Positions 37,376 to 50,471 of a stretch of 64,000 bases of DNA are shown in pieces (positions within the stretch are counted from its first letter, which is position 1; each line of letters begins with the position of its first letter). The notes beneath the pieces were generated by a model that had not been told where the DNA came from, made no database searches, and saw only the letters and a list, made by a program, of their open reading frames with translations. Source of the DNA: Bispira polyomma (lineage: Eukaryota). The stretch is taken from the NCBI GenBank assembly GCA_965649765.1, contig OZ287749.1, forward strand, positions 21,142,001 through 21,206,000, in the 5' to 3' direction. Both the position numbers and the translations under genes were made by a program.

Positions 37376-40300
37376 ATGAGGTTATTTACACTGCTAAAAC
37401 CAAAGTTAAACTCATGGGATGAGGTGAACTTAACTTAAAAGGGGATAGCAACAGTAATATAAACACTGAGGATAAATATGAGTTCCAATTACAGGTGAAG
37501 CCAAACCACAAGGATCTTATCCGTACAGCAGTAGATAATGCCACCTTCAGGGAATGGTATGACCAAAGCGCTGACAAATTTGGGTTTGTTCCCCTGGGGG
37601 ATTTGAAAATACCAACATGAGACAGGAAAAATAAAAGTAGTGCATCTATGTGCAAACTACATGAGATTATAACAGATGATAAACAGCATAACTTTTGTGG
37701 CTCTCACATACAAATAGAATCTGAATTAAAACCGGACAAATGGGCAGAATTGCTAGGTGACTATTGGGATAAACAACTCCCCTATCCTAATAGGCTTTCT
37801 TTTGACTTTGATTCTGCAAAATTTTACACTAAAGATGTTGAAGCATATTTAGAACAAGAAAAGCAGTTCAAAGCTATACTAGGTCCATTGAGGAAACCTC
37901 CAAAAAACTTACATATATCACCCTTCATGACCAGGGAGAAGCCTGGGGGTGCACATAGAAGAGTTATAATTGATCTCAGCTTTCCTTTAGGTGAATCTGT
38001 CAATGTAGGGGTTCTAAGAAATAGCTACCTAGGCACGCCCTTCATGCTTACCTTACCTACTACAGATGATGTCACAAATAAAGTTAGATGCTTAGCCAAA
38101 AGGCTCCCTTTTGTACAAAATTGATGTCAGCCGGGCATTTCGGCATGTCAAAATGGACCCTAAAGACTATGACCTTTTAGGTTTAAAACTCGACGACTAT
38201 AATGTGGACATGTGCCTGCCCTTTGGGTTCAGGCATGGAAGTGCAATATTCCAACGCCTAAGTGATGCTGTCCGCTTTGTTATGTCTAAAAAGGCTTCAA
38301 AGTCACGAATTACATTGATGATGTCATCGGGTACGGTACGCCCAGTACGGCAGAAAAGTCGTTCAAAATGCTCCATAAATTTTTAGTAAATTTGGCTTTT
38401 GCAATTAGCCAGAAAAAACTTATTAGGCCAGCTACTAGTGTCTGGGTGTACTAATAAACACAGATAATTTCACTGTTTCAATTCTACCGGAAAAACTCAA
38501 TGACGTCAAAAATGTATGCCTAAAGTGGCATAAAAAAACACACTGTTCAAAATGAGATCTCCAATCATTACTGGGCAGCCTACTATAAGTATCCAAGTGT
38601 GTTAAAGTTTCACGCTTTTTTCTAAACAGAATGCTTGATGTACTTCGCTCGGCACATGATGACAGGTCCATACAATTAACAACTGAATTCAAACAAGACC
38701 TTGCATGGTTCAGTAAATTGATTTCACAATTCAATGGTGTTGCTTTCTTCGACCAGAGAATCCTCAAAATAGGTATAGAGCTAGATGCATGCTTGCAAGG
38801 TCTGGGTGGGCGATGGGGTAATCCACAGTCATTAGGGGCTGATTTCGTAGCTGGCAGTATCACACAACTACCCACGGCCTACTGTATATATAATAAAGAC
38901 AAGTTTGGCAACTCGTTTTGTGGGCGAAAATAGGCTCACTTTCTATAACTACAATTTCTCAATAAAACCATTCTTATTGATAAATTTGAAAAGTATTATT
39001 CATACTATCAACTTACTGTTACATTTATGCACAAGTATTGCTAATCCATTAAATATCCAGTAATATGTAACAATTTTGCTGAAAAACTTGTGAAATCTAA
39101 CATCTTCTGCATGACGTCATTTACCAAATTGACAGAAATACGGAAAATACTCTATATACAGTAGGGTCCAAGAAATTTTGGAATCAGTCATTTATTTTAT
39201 GTTGAGAATTGATTAAAATGCAAAGTAATGTCAAAATGAATTCTAAGTAGATAAATTGCATTTGTAAATTAAATTTAATTGAAATTAAGTAAAAAGTATT
39301 AACAATGCTAATCTATGAAGATTAATGAGTCAATTTTTGTCTGCACTATTATCAACCCCAAATAATACAGGACACAACAAAACAAGTTATATTATAGCAC
39401 TTTCTTTATTTCAAACATCATAGATACTTAATTCTGATGTATGCTAACCTAAATTCCAACATCAGTTTACTGAAAGTGTCATGCTTGGTTATAGTAGGCT
39501 AGTATAGTATAGAATTTTTGAAAGGGGGAAATTCCTTTGTTCTTTTTATTGTAAAATTTCACTAGAGATTTTTTTAAGACACAATGTCAATGACTTAATT
39601 TTTATTACAATCATGTTGATACACTATTGTGAAATAAATGCCAGGATAATTATTACTACAGAATAGTCAATGCAATACATTGGTCAACCTAAAGAGGGAT
39701 GATTTTTTAAAACAACAATAAAAGTTATGTAGAGCACTATTGTGCAATGAATCAGAAATAATTTTGGAAGTAATGGATTGCATCAAATAAGGTGAATTTA
39801 TTTTGTGTAAAATTTAGAGGGGAGCAAAAAAATCTAACCACTTTAGGACTGCCATCTCACATTGTGTTAACCTATGTACCTTAAGCATTGTTTTTTGTTT
39901 ATCAATTTATTAAAGTCTGATACTCTTTGCTTTTTCTTCTACATTTTTTTTCCTGCCAGGCTTATTTTTGGGTTTTAGAAATCTGTAAGGCAATGTAGCA
40001 CCACAGCCACCAGTATTAGATTTCTTTGAGACTGTAGTCTCTGTGAGAATAATAGCATTAGTGCTGGTGCCATAAGATGCATAAGTGGGGTCAGTAGAAA
40101 GACCATTTCTTACACCTGTGTTGACAAAAAATATTTTCAATAGGGTCCGAATTTATTCTTGCAGGAACTAAAACAGAGTGACCCCGAGAACTGGTTATTT
40201 TATGAACGGAAATAACTCCCTCCAGAAATGATAAAATGTCTTCCATACACTCCCTGGTAAGCTTGTGTTTGGCCTGAGGTATCTCATTCCAGGTTTGGAA

Positions 40301-41254
40301 AAAAGTTAGAAGCTCATGAATTACTGACAATCTCTTATCAGACACCACATTCAGTGGGCGCTTATCCGAAGCAAATTTCACTAATTTTGATGTATACTCT
40401 AGTAACGGAATCGTACCACTGAGACAGGTTTTAGTTTTTTCTTGGTATTTTCTCATAAGATACAACATTTCTTCATCCAAAACATCTTCAGCTAGTTGGT
40501 TACGCATTTTGGTTGGCCCAGTTAACTCAAAATGATCGTTGGATAACTTTCTGTGAATTTTTAACGGTTGCTTTTCATTAAATTCATGGGCATCTAAGAA
40601 ATGTTGCCATTTGACCGATTGACCATTAACTGTCAAGTCTCGCTTGTCACCATCACTCTTTTCAAGACTGTTACAGATTTTTTTAGGCCATGCTTTATGT
40701 CCATAATGAAAACAATTGACTTATTGGGATTCACAGGATTAACCGCAGTGAAATGACTTTCCAACATATCTGAACTACACAGATTAAAGTGTGTCCTAAA
40801 CAATTGTCTATTTGCTACTGCACCATCTGTGCTAAGATAATCAACAGTGAACCCATATTCCTGTAATTTGTCAATGCCACGCCATAGTAAGAAAAACAAA
40901 TGGTGTGCCTGTGCACATGATACAGGGTAATGGGCAATTGGAAACCTAAAACCAGTATGTCCTAAAAAAAACAAACTGAAGCACATTTTTGGCAAGATCA
41001 AATGTAGTGGTTGGGTTAGTAACTGTATTTGCCAAGTTTCCTAGCTTTCCTAAATCAATGTTCCCAACTAAAACCATTGATTTCCCCCTTTTTACAATTT
41101 GAAGAATTTGTTGAATTGACATTTCGTCAATCAGCAATCCACCATACCATCCCTCTGGTGCTAAATTATGTCGGAGTGCCTCATTCCGCATCCATCGCAA
41201 GATATCATTCTAAAATAAAAGATATTAAACATGATCTCTGCACAATTTGCCTAA

Positions 41255-41560
41255 AGTGAAATAGGACATTTGTTATAGCACACTTACACAACACAGAGTT
41301 GTCTCAAATAAGCTTGCTCATGGGCAGCCACTATAGGTGCTGAGGCTTGCTTGAGGATGACCATTTATCAACGTCCCCCAAGGATCTTTAAGCTGCCACT
41401 GTAGATATTACTCCATGACAGAGGACCGCCATTTTAAGTGGTCATCCGAGCCACTGGGAAAACTTGTGTTCACATCTTGCCCAAGGATGTTATCCCACCA
41501 AATGAAACTAGCGGCTGGTACTAGGAATAGAACCGGGGACCTTCTGATCATTAGACCGTC
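41255..41560 (-). mobile_element. Nin/Deu-domain-like SINE in the transposase intron
   Basis: Minus strand gtggctcggatgaccacttaaaatggcggtcc...ttaaagatcc resembles the Nin/Deu domain; B-box-like ggttctattcc upstream. Confidence 0.55.
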
Positions 41561-42520
41561 CCAGAACATTGAATAAAATAAATGTAACAAATATCATTAC
41601 CATTACATATACAGTACACTAACTTCTCAATTAATAATTGACTGAATAGAGTATATATTACAAAAGACCTAATCTTACCCCTTGAACAGTTCATTATATG
41701 GATGATCTAGGATTCAATCATATTTTTGCAGCTAAACATCTATAAACGCTAATATTATGAAATTAACCAAAGAGTGGATGCAATATCCCTTTCTTATTAA
41801 ATTACATGCATACATTAATATTAGCTTATTTAAAGAAAAGTTGCATGCCTGAAACCCTGGATCTTGATTGGCGCAGTTCTTATAATACCGCATTAGTCGT
41901 CCACTTGGCAAATGAATAAGTCCGCCATCACGAAGCTCATCATAGGCTTTTGGGGAACGACAATATAGGGCTAATGCTGTGGCAATTACTTTTGAATCTC
42001 AACGCCTTCCAGTGGATGGGCAATTCAGATTTTGCAGTTGATCAGCAAACATAGTTCTTAAATCTACTGGTAAGTCCATCTTTAGTAATTGCTGACAAAT
42101 TGTTTCATGATCGGATGATTCATCTGGCCCAAGTTCTATGATTTCTGGCTCTTGTGATGTTTCACAAGATTGGTGTGTGGCTACTGAGTTATTAATACTT
42201 GTTTAATAGGTACTGTGGAAGGTTCATCTTTTACAGAGCATTTAGGATGCATCCTACTGCAAGGATCACAAATAGGGTTATTTTTGTGGATTGGGATTGC
42301 ATATGTACAATGGGAGCTTCGGATACTAATTTCGGGCATGAAATTTTCATCATTTACTTTTGTGATTGTTTGCCATGCAGTATTGGGGAAATATTTGTTT
42401 ACATTAGTTTCATCGCTAACAACTTCCCCAAACAAACACGCAAGCTTTTTGCAATTTTAATAATCGACTTAACACACTCATTTGTCCAGTCATTTCTGTT
42501 GGATATACCAACTGCAAGAG

Positions 42521-42779
42521 AGGGGCCGCAGTGGCCTAGTGGTTAGCAAGCATTGCGCTTCACAATCACTGGTCTCTCACCTCTGGGTGGCGTGAGTTCG
42601 AATCCCGTCGATGCCTATGTGGGAAAGGTGGTAGTTCCTTACTGTGGGCCGCTGGTTTCTCTGCAGAACCTTGACCGACTGTATGCAGTGTTTCCTCCAG
42701 CGTTTCCAACTACCCGTCCCAATATAACCTACGAAAAGGTACTAGAGTGGACGTTAAATATCCAAATTCAAATTCAAAT
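42521..42779 (+). mobile_element. Full-length tRNA-derived SINE with 13-bp TSD, inserted in a transposase exon
   Basis: A and B boxes, (TTCAAA)n tail; TSD ccaactgcaagag at 42508-42520 and 42780-42792. Confidence 0.92.
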
Positions 42780-43309
42780 CCAACTGCAAGAGGGTTAATT
42801 TGCCATTGACAAATTGAAAGATCCCACTTATTGTTCTCAATGGTAATTTGTTTGAGTATTGCATTTCCATTGCTTAAAACATCTGATGGAATGTTAAAGG
42901 ACAAAAATTTATCTCCTCTGTTGGACACAGGGCAAAAATCTGGCAAGATAAAAGTTTGTGCATTTACTACATTATTATTACTTGGCTTCCACTCTAAAGG
43001 GAAAATAGGCTCTACACTCTCTGTTCTTGGATTTCTCTTGGTTTTGGTAGTTTTGAAGCCAAACATAAGACGTACTGTTTTACTCAATGTTACAACAGGA
43101 CATGGTGATAGCCCAACAGACTCAGTTTCTGTTATGTAAGAATTGTATATGTCACTCAGAAAAATGATACTGTTAGCAGCAGTTGAAATATCCAAGTGTG
43201 ATAATATCCTGAAAGTAAGGCAAAAATGTTTGGCTTAAAATGCTAAAGTTAGAATTAAAAGGCTATCACATTTCATTTCAGCTGGAATAAACTATACTCT
43301 AGTTATTTG

Positions 43310-43432
43310 CAGGGGAGTAGCTAGGATTTTTCATTTGGTACTTACTCCCCAATTTATCAAAATATTTGAGAAATATTTTGTTAGTTTTTGTGCTAACATA
43401 AATTCTTGGGTAGTGGTAGTGGTGGTGGTGGT

Positions 43433-43467
<35 letters not shown>

Positions 43468-43556
43468 TCATTATTTTTTTGAATTTTAATATATTTTTTT
43501 CTGTTATTAAATTGGTACGCCTGGGCATACTGGATTCTACACTAGCTACGCCCCTG
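43310..43556. mobile_element. Small MITE with internal (GT)n
   Basis: 15-bp TIRs caggggagtagctag / ctagctacgcccctg (one mismatch); no clear TSD. Confidence 0.65.
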
Positions 43557-43896
43557 TTTTGTGTGGCCCACATTGATGATGCTGAATAAATATATGGATA
43601 AATACATAGATAAGTAAGATAGAAAGTAATTTTGTTAACAGATAAGTAAGGTAGACCCTGCAGGCATGTATCAGGTAATTTCTATGAGAAAAGGCCTGGT
43701 GCAATTTTGTAAATTTGTTCTTATTTTTATGGTTTGAAAAGGCACATCTCAAAGTTACTTGGATATTGTTATATTTAAATCGCCAAATAGAACTGATGCA
43801 AAGCTTTATTGGATATTTTGGTGAACATAGGCAAACAAAGTGGCATCTACAACAAACCTGAATAGAGGATATATTAGTGCATAAAAACTTTACAAT

Positions 43897-46800
43897 ATGA
43901 CTGGAAAGTTAAATGAAAAACAGTTGGAGGCTTATACCATCGCCACTGCAGGGCACAACTTATTTTTAAGTGGTCAAGCAGGTAAGTACAGCAATAAGTT
44001 CATTAAACTTTGAATTTTAATTAGAGACTATTATTATCTGATATTTAAAAAATGATATATATACCTACTATGAATTAAAAATATTTTAAAGATTCCTAAA
44101 AAATAAAAATCAGATATTATAATTGTAGTATGAATTAATAAAATTTTGAATATTCTGAAAATTAAAAAAATTAATGTCCATAGATTAGTGAAGGGGTCAG
44201 TAACGTAAACACAAAAACGATTGCTGCTAGATCACATTATGACAGAAATACCATCTTCAGTCACAGACAACTTTGTTAGGAAGGCCTGATAGTCAATAAA
44301 TTAGCATTTTTACTTATGATGAGTGAAATAATTAAAGGAGGAATTAATTACCAATTCAAGTTCAATTTTATGTATTTCATAAAAACAGTTTAGCAGCAAC
44401 AAATATTACATATAGGAAGTCGTAAAATAGTAACCAAAATATGAATATTTCTCTAAGTACACTCTTCCCAAACATGATAAAATACACATATAAAGGAGAA
44501 ATCCATAGTACAATGTTGTATACCAGAGGATAAAAAAAGACTTCAGCATTATTTTGTATGATTTACTTTTTCAATAAAATTCAATAAACTCTGCTAATTT
44601 TCGGAAATACACAAAGTTAATATATCACAAATTTAACATTGAGTTGTATTCATGTTTTCCAAAAGGTATAAAAACATATTTAAAAAAATAAATCATACAA
44701 AATAATATATATGTTTCCTAAAGTTGTGTAGTGTATACCAGTTCCTAGGAAGATCAAAGCAGTATATATTTTGACATCTTGAACGAGTTCATTAATATCA
44801 AAGCAAGGTGATTAAAGAGATCACCAATATAAACTGTAGTTGGGTAAGTCCTGAGTATAAATAAAAGACCTATTTACTCCCTGGATATACTAATCCATTT
44901 AAAGCAATACCTTTTTTTAAGTAAGGATTAACAATATAGATATGGTTAAAGAATGTAATCAAACTGACTTTACACGAAAAATTACATTATTAAATTTTAT
45001 CTACATTCCATGACCTGGACTGTTGAATGTACACTCTCCACAATATACTCATTGAATCTATACATTCCATGGATGTCAGCTATTGAATGTACACATTCAA
45101 TGACTAGCCTGTGGAATGTACACATTCAACAGTTATCTACTTTCAATACAACATATATAAGTATATAATGTGTATATACATGCTGGATTAATACTGAAGA
45201 TTCCTAAAAATTTAAATTTTTTTTAAATAGATACTGGTAAAACATGGCTGCAAACGAAAATTATGCAAGATTTAGCAAACACAAATAATACCAACGTAGT
45301 TGTCACCTGTGCAACTGGAATTGCAACACAAAATTTCCCGCCAGGAAAAGCCACAACCCTTCACAAATGGAGTGGAATTCAAGATGGGAGATATACCACA
45401 AATGAGCTGAAACGGTTCATTATGGAAAGCGAGGCATTTTCTTCTGTTAAACAAAGAATAATGGACACAAATGTACTGATCATCGATGAAATATCAATGA
45501 TCAGTAAGAAAATGTTTGAGCAAATAGAAGAAGTCTGCAGGTAGGTCTCTTTGAAGAGGTTTTAGTAATCGTTCCAATAAGGTGTTCTTTACAAAAGGTG
45601 AAACAAAATGTATGTGGTCATACACAAGAACAGAAGCCGTTTATTGGGGCTATTAATGCAATATTTTCTGAGATTGCTGAGTTTTAGGCACCTACATTGA
45701 AGATACATGTGTATTAGTTGGGCACTTTCAAGGCGTGTATGAGATACCATGACGAATAGTCTAGTGGTTGAAAAAATGGAAAATGGTAGTTGATTAAGGT
45801 TTTCTGATATGCTTACCACTGGCCTTAATAAAATCTATTTAACTTTCCATCAAACACATTGGCATTCAGATTAGCAACCACATCGACAGAGTTGTGAGCT
45901 CATTGTGCTACCACTGAGACCACCTTCAATCACTAATCAAATTTAGCACTAAGGTTTTGCTTTCAGCTTTAGGTTTATTCGAGGTTCAAAGTTCCCATTT
46001 GGTGGAATTCAGATATTGGCTAGCGGCTCATTTCGACAACTAGCACCTGTGAGAAATACTTTTTATGGTGATGAAGGAGACTATTGCTTCCACAGTAATA
46101 TTTTTCCTCGTGTATTTGCCCATTGTGTTACATTAACAGATGTCATTAGACAAGACGAGCCATTGTGTTACATTAACAGATGTCATTAGACAAGACGAGC
46201 CAGCTCTAATAGAGAAAATTGCAGAAACAGAGAAAGGAATTTTGACAGACAAGTCCATTCGGTTTATAAAGAGTTTAAACAGACCATTACAAGTACCAGA
46301 TAACGATATTGTTAATCTATTTGCGCTAAAATTAGATTGCTTCATGCATAACAACGAAATGCTAGACAAATTGAACACTGAATCCAAATGTTTTAGATCC
46401 AAAGATACGAGATTCGGAGCTGGTGTGAAACAGTCGCACATTGAGCAGAACATTGGCCTTGAAAAAGTAGTACTCCTAAAAGTAGGAGTTCCAGTTATTT
46501 TAACATTTAATGTAAATCTTTCCAAAGGCCTTGTCAATGGACAAAGGGGATTTGTTGTGGGATTTAACGACAATGCGGTGACAGTGGATTTTGGTTAACC
46601 TGGTTTAACAGACGTTGAGATAGCACCATTCACATCTACCACAAATAACCCCATTAGCAAAAGCATGTTGTTTCAAAGAGTGCAAATACCACTTCACCTA
46701 GCCTGGGCTATTTACCATTCGCGACGCACAGGGTATGTCCATAAGAAATGTGTGCATCGATTGCTCCGGTTTTTTTTTTACCGGACCAATTTGCAGTTGC

Positions 46801-48828
46801 TATAGGCCGTGCAATTTCCAGTAAAGGAGCGTGTGTCATAAATTTTAAACCATACCATGTCATAAAACATCCTGACTGTGTAGACACATTTTATTCGCAC
46901 CAGGAATTTCAACCTGCACTTGAAAACGCACTATGCTGCCAGTCAAATTTGAACGACCAAATTCAAGATGCTATAGAGGTAGCTTTGGAAAGAGTGATAC
47001 CTGAAGCGAAAACAGCCCCTGATGTGGATGATGATCTGTTGCAGGATTTTGGTGCAAAGATCGCAGGCACAGATGAAATACCAATACTCCCACTTAAACA
47101 GGATATACTTGATTTTGAACATCTCACTGAACTCACACTGACTCAACAAGACATTCTAAACCCTTGTAGATTTCATACGGGTATGGCTGAATTATTATCA
47201 AATTTTAGTGATTTATAAATAAATGCACTTCAAATCATTTAAATTGTTTATCTCTGTCACTTTGTTAAATATTCAAATGAAGTGTTTTTTTTTCAGGCCA
47301 AAGTGATTCCCAATCCTAAAACTAAAGATTGGACGATGTTTTGTTCCCAAATTTACCAATTTCTTACTTCTGGAGGTCTCTATTCAACAGAGAAATGCAT
47401 ACTCTTTAAAACTACAGCGCCATCAGAGATTCAGCATCAGCTCTCCTTTAAAATTTACCAAGCAGCATGTGAGGCAGTTATGGAGTCCATGGTGCAACAA
47501 AAACCACAAGGTTCAACAGAAGAGTTAGATATAGACAAATCCATGACCAAATATGATGATATAGCCCTGTCAAAAATTAGGTATATTGGCGGTGCATGCA
47601 TAGTGGCTATTAGGAAAAGGTCAGTGGCAGAAAAAATATTGCTTTGTGTTGGGTAATGTTTTGTCCTAGTAATATCTACAAATTGTGCCAAGTCCCAAAA
47701 AGGCCATCAGAAATGCCAAACTTCTGTCCACTCAATGTTTCTGAAATGAATGCCCCCCTCTCATAACTAACTTAATGTCCATATTAGGGAAGCTATACAT
47801 ATGACAAACCCTTGTTTCAAATTTGGTGAAGTTCTTGGTAATTCTTTTTTTTAAATGATAATAGAATAATTTACTTCATATTTTAAAAGGCTAAGCTTTT
47901 TGTGTATTTCCCATTTTCAAAACAAAGCGACATTGGTTATATTTAGTTTCAATGCATATATTTGGCAGAAGAAATTTTAAATTATCCCCATATATAATAT
48001 ATATTTTTAACTTCAAGATTGCAAAGACGAAATCATTCCAAGCCTGCTACGTTTCCTCATCTGGAAACTTCTAAGAGTTCTTCAGATAGAAAGAAGTGTC
48101 ATTTCAGAGTTTAGTGAATTTAAAGAGTCATTAGAAGAGACAGAAAGAAAGCAAAATGAAATTCCAGGATTGACACATATCACTGATGACTATTTTCAAT
48201 TTTTTGTCAGTCTTTTTGACCTTGTGGCATCATATGAAACAGTTGACAACATACACGGACATGGAAGTCGTCTTTTTGATGTTGTTTGTAGTCAGGTTCT
48301 GTCAAACTCACAGATGTTAGATAAGTGGTGTCCCTTGTTTTTCGCATTCCAGTCATCTGCTGATGCAGATGATATTGAAGTGGCCATGATGGAACTGTTC
48401 GAAGATGTTATTTTGCAGTTTGTACGAATTAACCACTCAAACCTTCGAAATACTTTTAAAGAACAACATGTGAAAAAACCAAAGCTTTGAGGAAAGCCTT
48501 AGCAGCACCAACAGAAGCATCAACTTCATCTTTAAAGAGGACTAAACCCTTAAATGAAAATGACAGTTCAGGCAGTGAAAAAGAGGAACAGGAATTTGTG
48601 TGTCCCATGTGCCAACAGGAATGCATAAATGATCCACCTAGTTTTGAAGATCAAAGCATTGAGTACCATAACTGCCATAAATGGCTTCATTATAAATGTT
48701 GTTCGATAAAGGGAACAGAGAGGTTCTTAAAGTCAGAGTATATGATCTGGATATGTTCAATTTGTAAATCCCTAAAAACTAATACTGGAAAAGGCAAGGG
48801 CAGAGGGAAAAAAAGCAAAAAACATTGA
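43897..48828 (+). pseudogene. PIF1-family SF1B helicase with C-terminal PHD finger; spliced (exons 43897-43981, 45231-45541, 45973-~47180, ~47297-47650, ~48018-48828), disrupted
   Basis: LNEKQ..A...GHNLFLSGQA|DTGKT, CATGIA, TLHKWSGI, LIIDEISMIS, PFGGIQILASGSFRQLAPV, IRQDEP, LKVGVPVILTFN..GLVNGQRG, QIPLHLAWA, QFAVAIGRA; CPMC..HNCHKWLHYKC..WICSIC; basic tail KGKGRGKKSKKH. Confidence 0.88.
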
Positions 48829-49688
48829 ATTTTAAACTAATACATACATTTTTGTGCACTACATTGTACTAACTTAGATAAATAACAATAATTTTCATCT
48901 CTTTGAATATTGCTTAAAGAAATATTTCTGTTATAATAAGAAAAATAACAAAATCACTTTAATTGATTCGTATCAGATTTACAGATGCATATGAGTAAGC
49001 AATGGACTTGTTCTACGTTTATTATTTAAAAACAGTACATGTGATAATATATAATAAAGTATATACTAGATATTTGGGTGCCAAACTTTTTGGAGCACAG
49101 TGTACATCACAGACGTACATTTTATTGTGTTAATCAAATCACACTTTTATGCAGAAAAATATTTCACAATCATTAATGTAAAACAATCTACGTATATTTA
49201 CCAGAATGGTAGTTCTTTAGCTGAATTCATAATGATATTTAGACATGTATATTATGAAGTTTATAATTTTATTTGCAAATAATCTGTTTCAAATTTAAAT
49301 GACGGTAATTCTGATCAATCACAGCACATTTGGTTGCTGACGTCATGCAGAGGAGAATCCACAACTTCCTGGAAGAGACAATTTGGATACATGTTTGTGT
49401 TTTGACTAAAAATTTTATACTTTGGAACAGGATTGGTGTATTACTTATCAGGTAAGTTAATTGTATGATTATTCAGCAGTGTTTTGGTGTTTTTCTTTTA
49501 ATTTTTGGGTGTAGATAAGTGAAGAAATTGTAATTATAGAAAGTGACCCTATTTTTGTCCACAAAACGAGTTGCCAAACTTGTCTTTATTATATATACAG
49601 TAGGCCGTGGGTACTTGTGTGATACTGCCAGCTACGAAATCGGCCCCTAGCGACTGTGGGTAATCAGGTGTACACACTTCAACTTCCT

Positions 49689-50106
49689 TTCTTATTTTAG
49701 CCCCCATCTATCCAAATATACATGCTCAGTCAGGACTAGGCGCAGTAACCCTGATAAATTATACCTTAACATTCCCACTTTCGACCCTCGCATCCACAAA
49801 TCCAAAGTTCAGTTCAATCACTGCCTAGCTCATGATGGCCCCCTCATTTGGAACAGCCTACCTGATCATGTTCGCCTGGCTCAAACTTTCTCCTCTTTCA
49901 GGAGTAAGCTGAAGACCTATCTTTTTGAACAGGCTTTTCCATCTTAGCCGTCGCAACCATCTACGGTAGTCTCCCTGGTTACGACTTCCATCCGCCCACT
50001 ATTTTTGATTTGCGATTAACGTTTTGGGTTTGTTGCGCCTTAGAATTTGTTGTACAAAGATTAAGCGCTATAAAAGTACGACTAGATTAGATTAGATTAG
50101 ATTAGA
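49689..50106 (+). mobile_element. 5'-truncated L2/CR1-type LINE 3' end
   Basis: GPLIWNSLPDHVRLAQTFSSFRSKLKTYLFEQAF*; (ATTAG)n tail; candidate ttcct TSD at 49684-49688 and 50107-50111. Confidence 0.8.
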
Positions 50107-50471
50107 TTCCTCTACGCTTTCAAAATTACGCTATTGTTCACTTGGGGATGATCAATATTCTCAGCTATCCGGTTATGGGGGTTGCCATTAGACAGAAAAT
50201 AAAATTGTGGTATTGTGCGACAATCAGGCGGTAGTCTCGGTACTTACCAATGGCAAAACTAGGGATCTTACTCTGACAGCCATGGCTCGAAACATCCAGA
50301 TGGAAGCTGCCAGGGCAGATATTGACCAACGAGTAGTACATGTCTTAGGTAAAAGTAATGAGGTAGCAGACTTGCTATCTAGTTGGGCAATAACCAGTGA
50401 ATCTTCAAACAGATTAAGGAAATTTATAGTAGAACCAATATGGTTACCTGTAGGGGTGGAAGCCACCCATC

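Larger units (their letters stand above)
39910..43208 (-). pseudogene. P-element/THAP9-type transposase, spliced (intron ~41848-41210), with frameshifts, stops and a SINE insertion
   Basis: ALYCRSPKAYDELR..LPS, LLIDEMSI (D1), GFRFPIAHY, STDGAVANR (D2), DIKHGLKK, KLSNDH..KMRNQLA, RINSDPIENIF (E) match the P transposase motif series. 5' end unresolved. Confidence 0.88.
38824..49658. mobile_element. P-superfamily (Galileo-like) DNA transposon, 10.8 kb, encoding a transposase and a PIF1 helicase-PHD protein
   Basis: 136-bp TIRs (38824-38959 and 49523-49658) beginning CACAG; 7-bp TSD ggtaatc (38817-38823 and 49659-49665); removing it restores the RNase H frame of element 3. Confidence 0.93.

Noticed and set aside
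42521-42610. Possible tRNA gene (also 20010-20096)
   Set aside because: A and B boxes are followed by a SINE body and tail and flanked by TSDs; no acceptor-stem closure.
43331-43589. ORFs with poly-V/C or T/H runs
   Set aside because: Translations of a (GT)n/(GTG)n microsatellite.
43659-43857. Minus-strand Cys-rich exon (VCCRCHFVCLC) as the transposase 5' exon
   Set aside because: The acceptor is plausible, but no phase-compatible GT donor or start codon could be identified.
43897-48828. Helitron as the source of PIF1
   Set aside because: No HUH Rep motifs or TC...CTRR ends seen, and the gene sits inside TIRs with a TSD; a remote Helitron origin is not excluded.
43897-48828. Host PIF1 gene
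   Set aside because: Enclosed within a TSD-flanked insertion, lacks an N-terminal extension before the helicase core, carries a PHD tail, and is disrupted.
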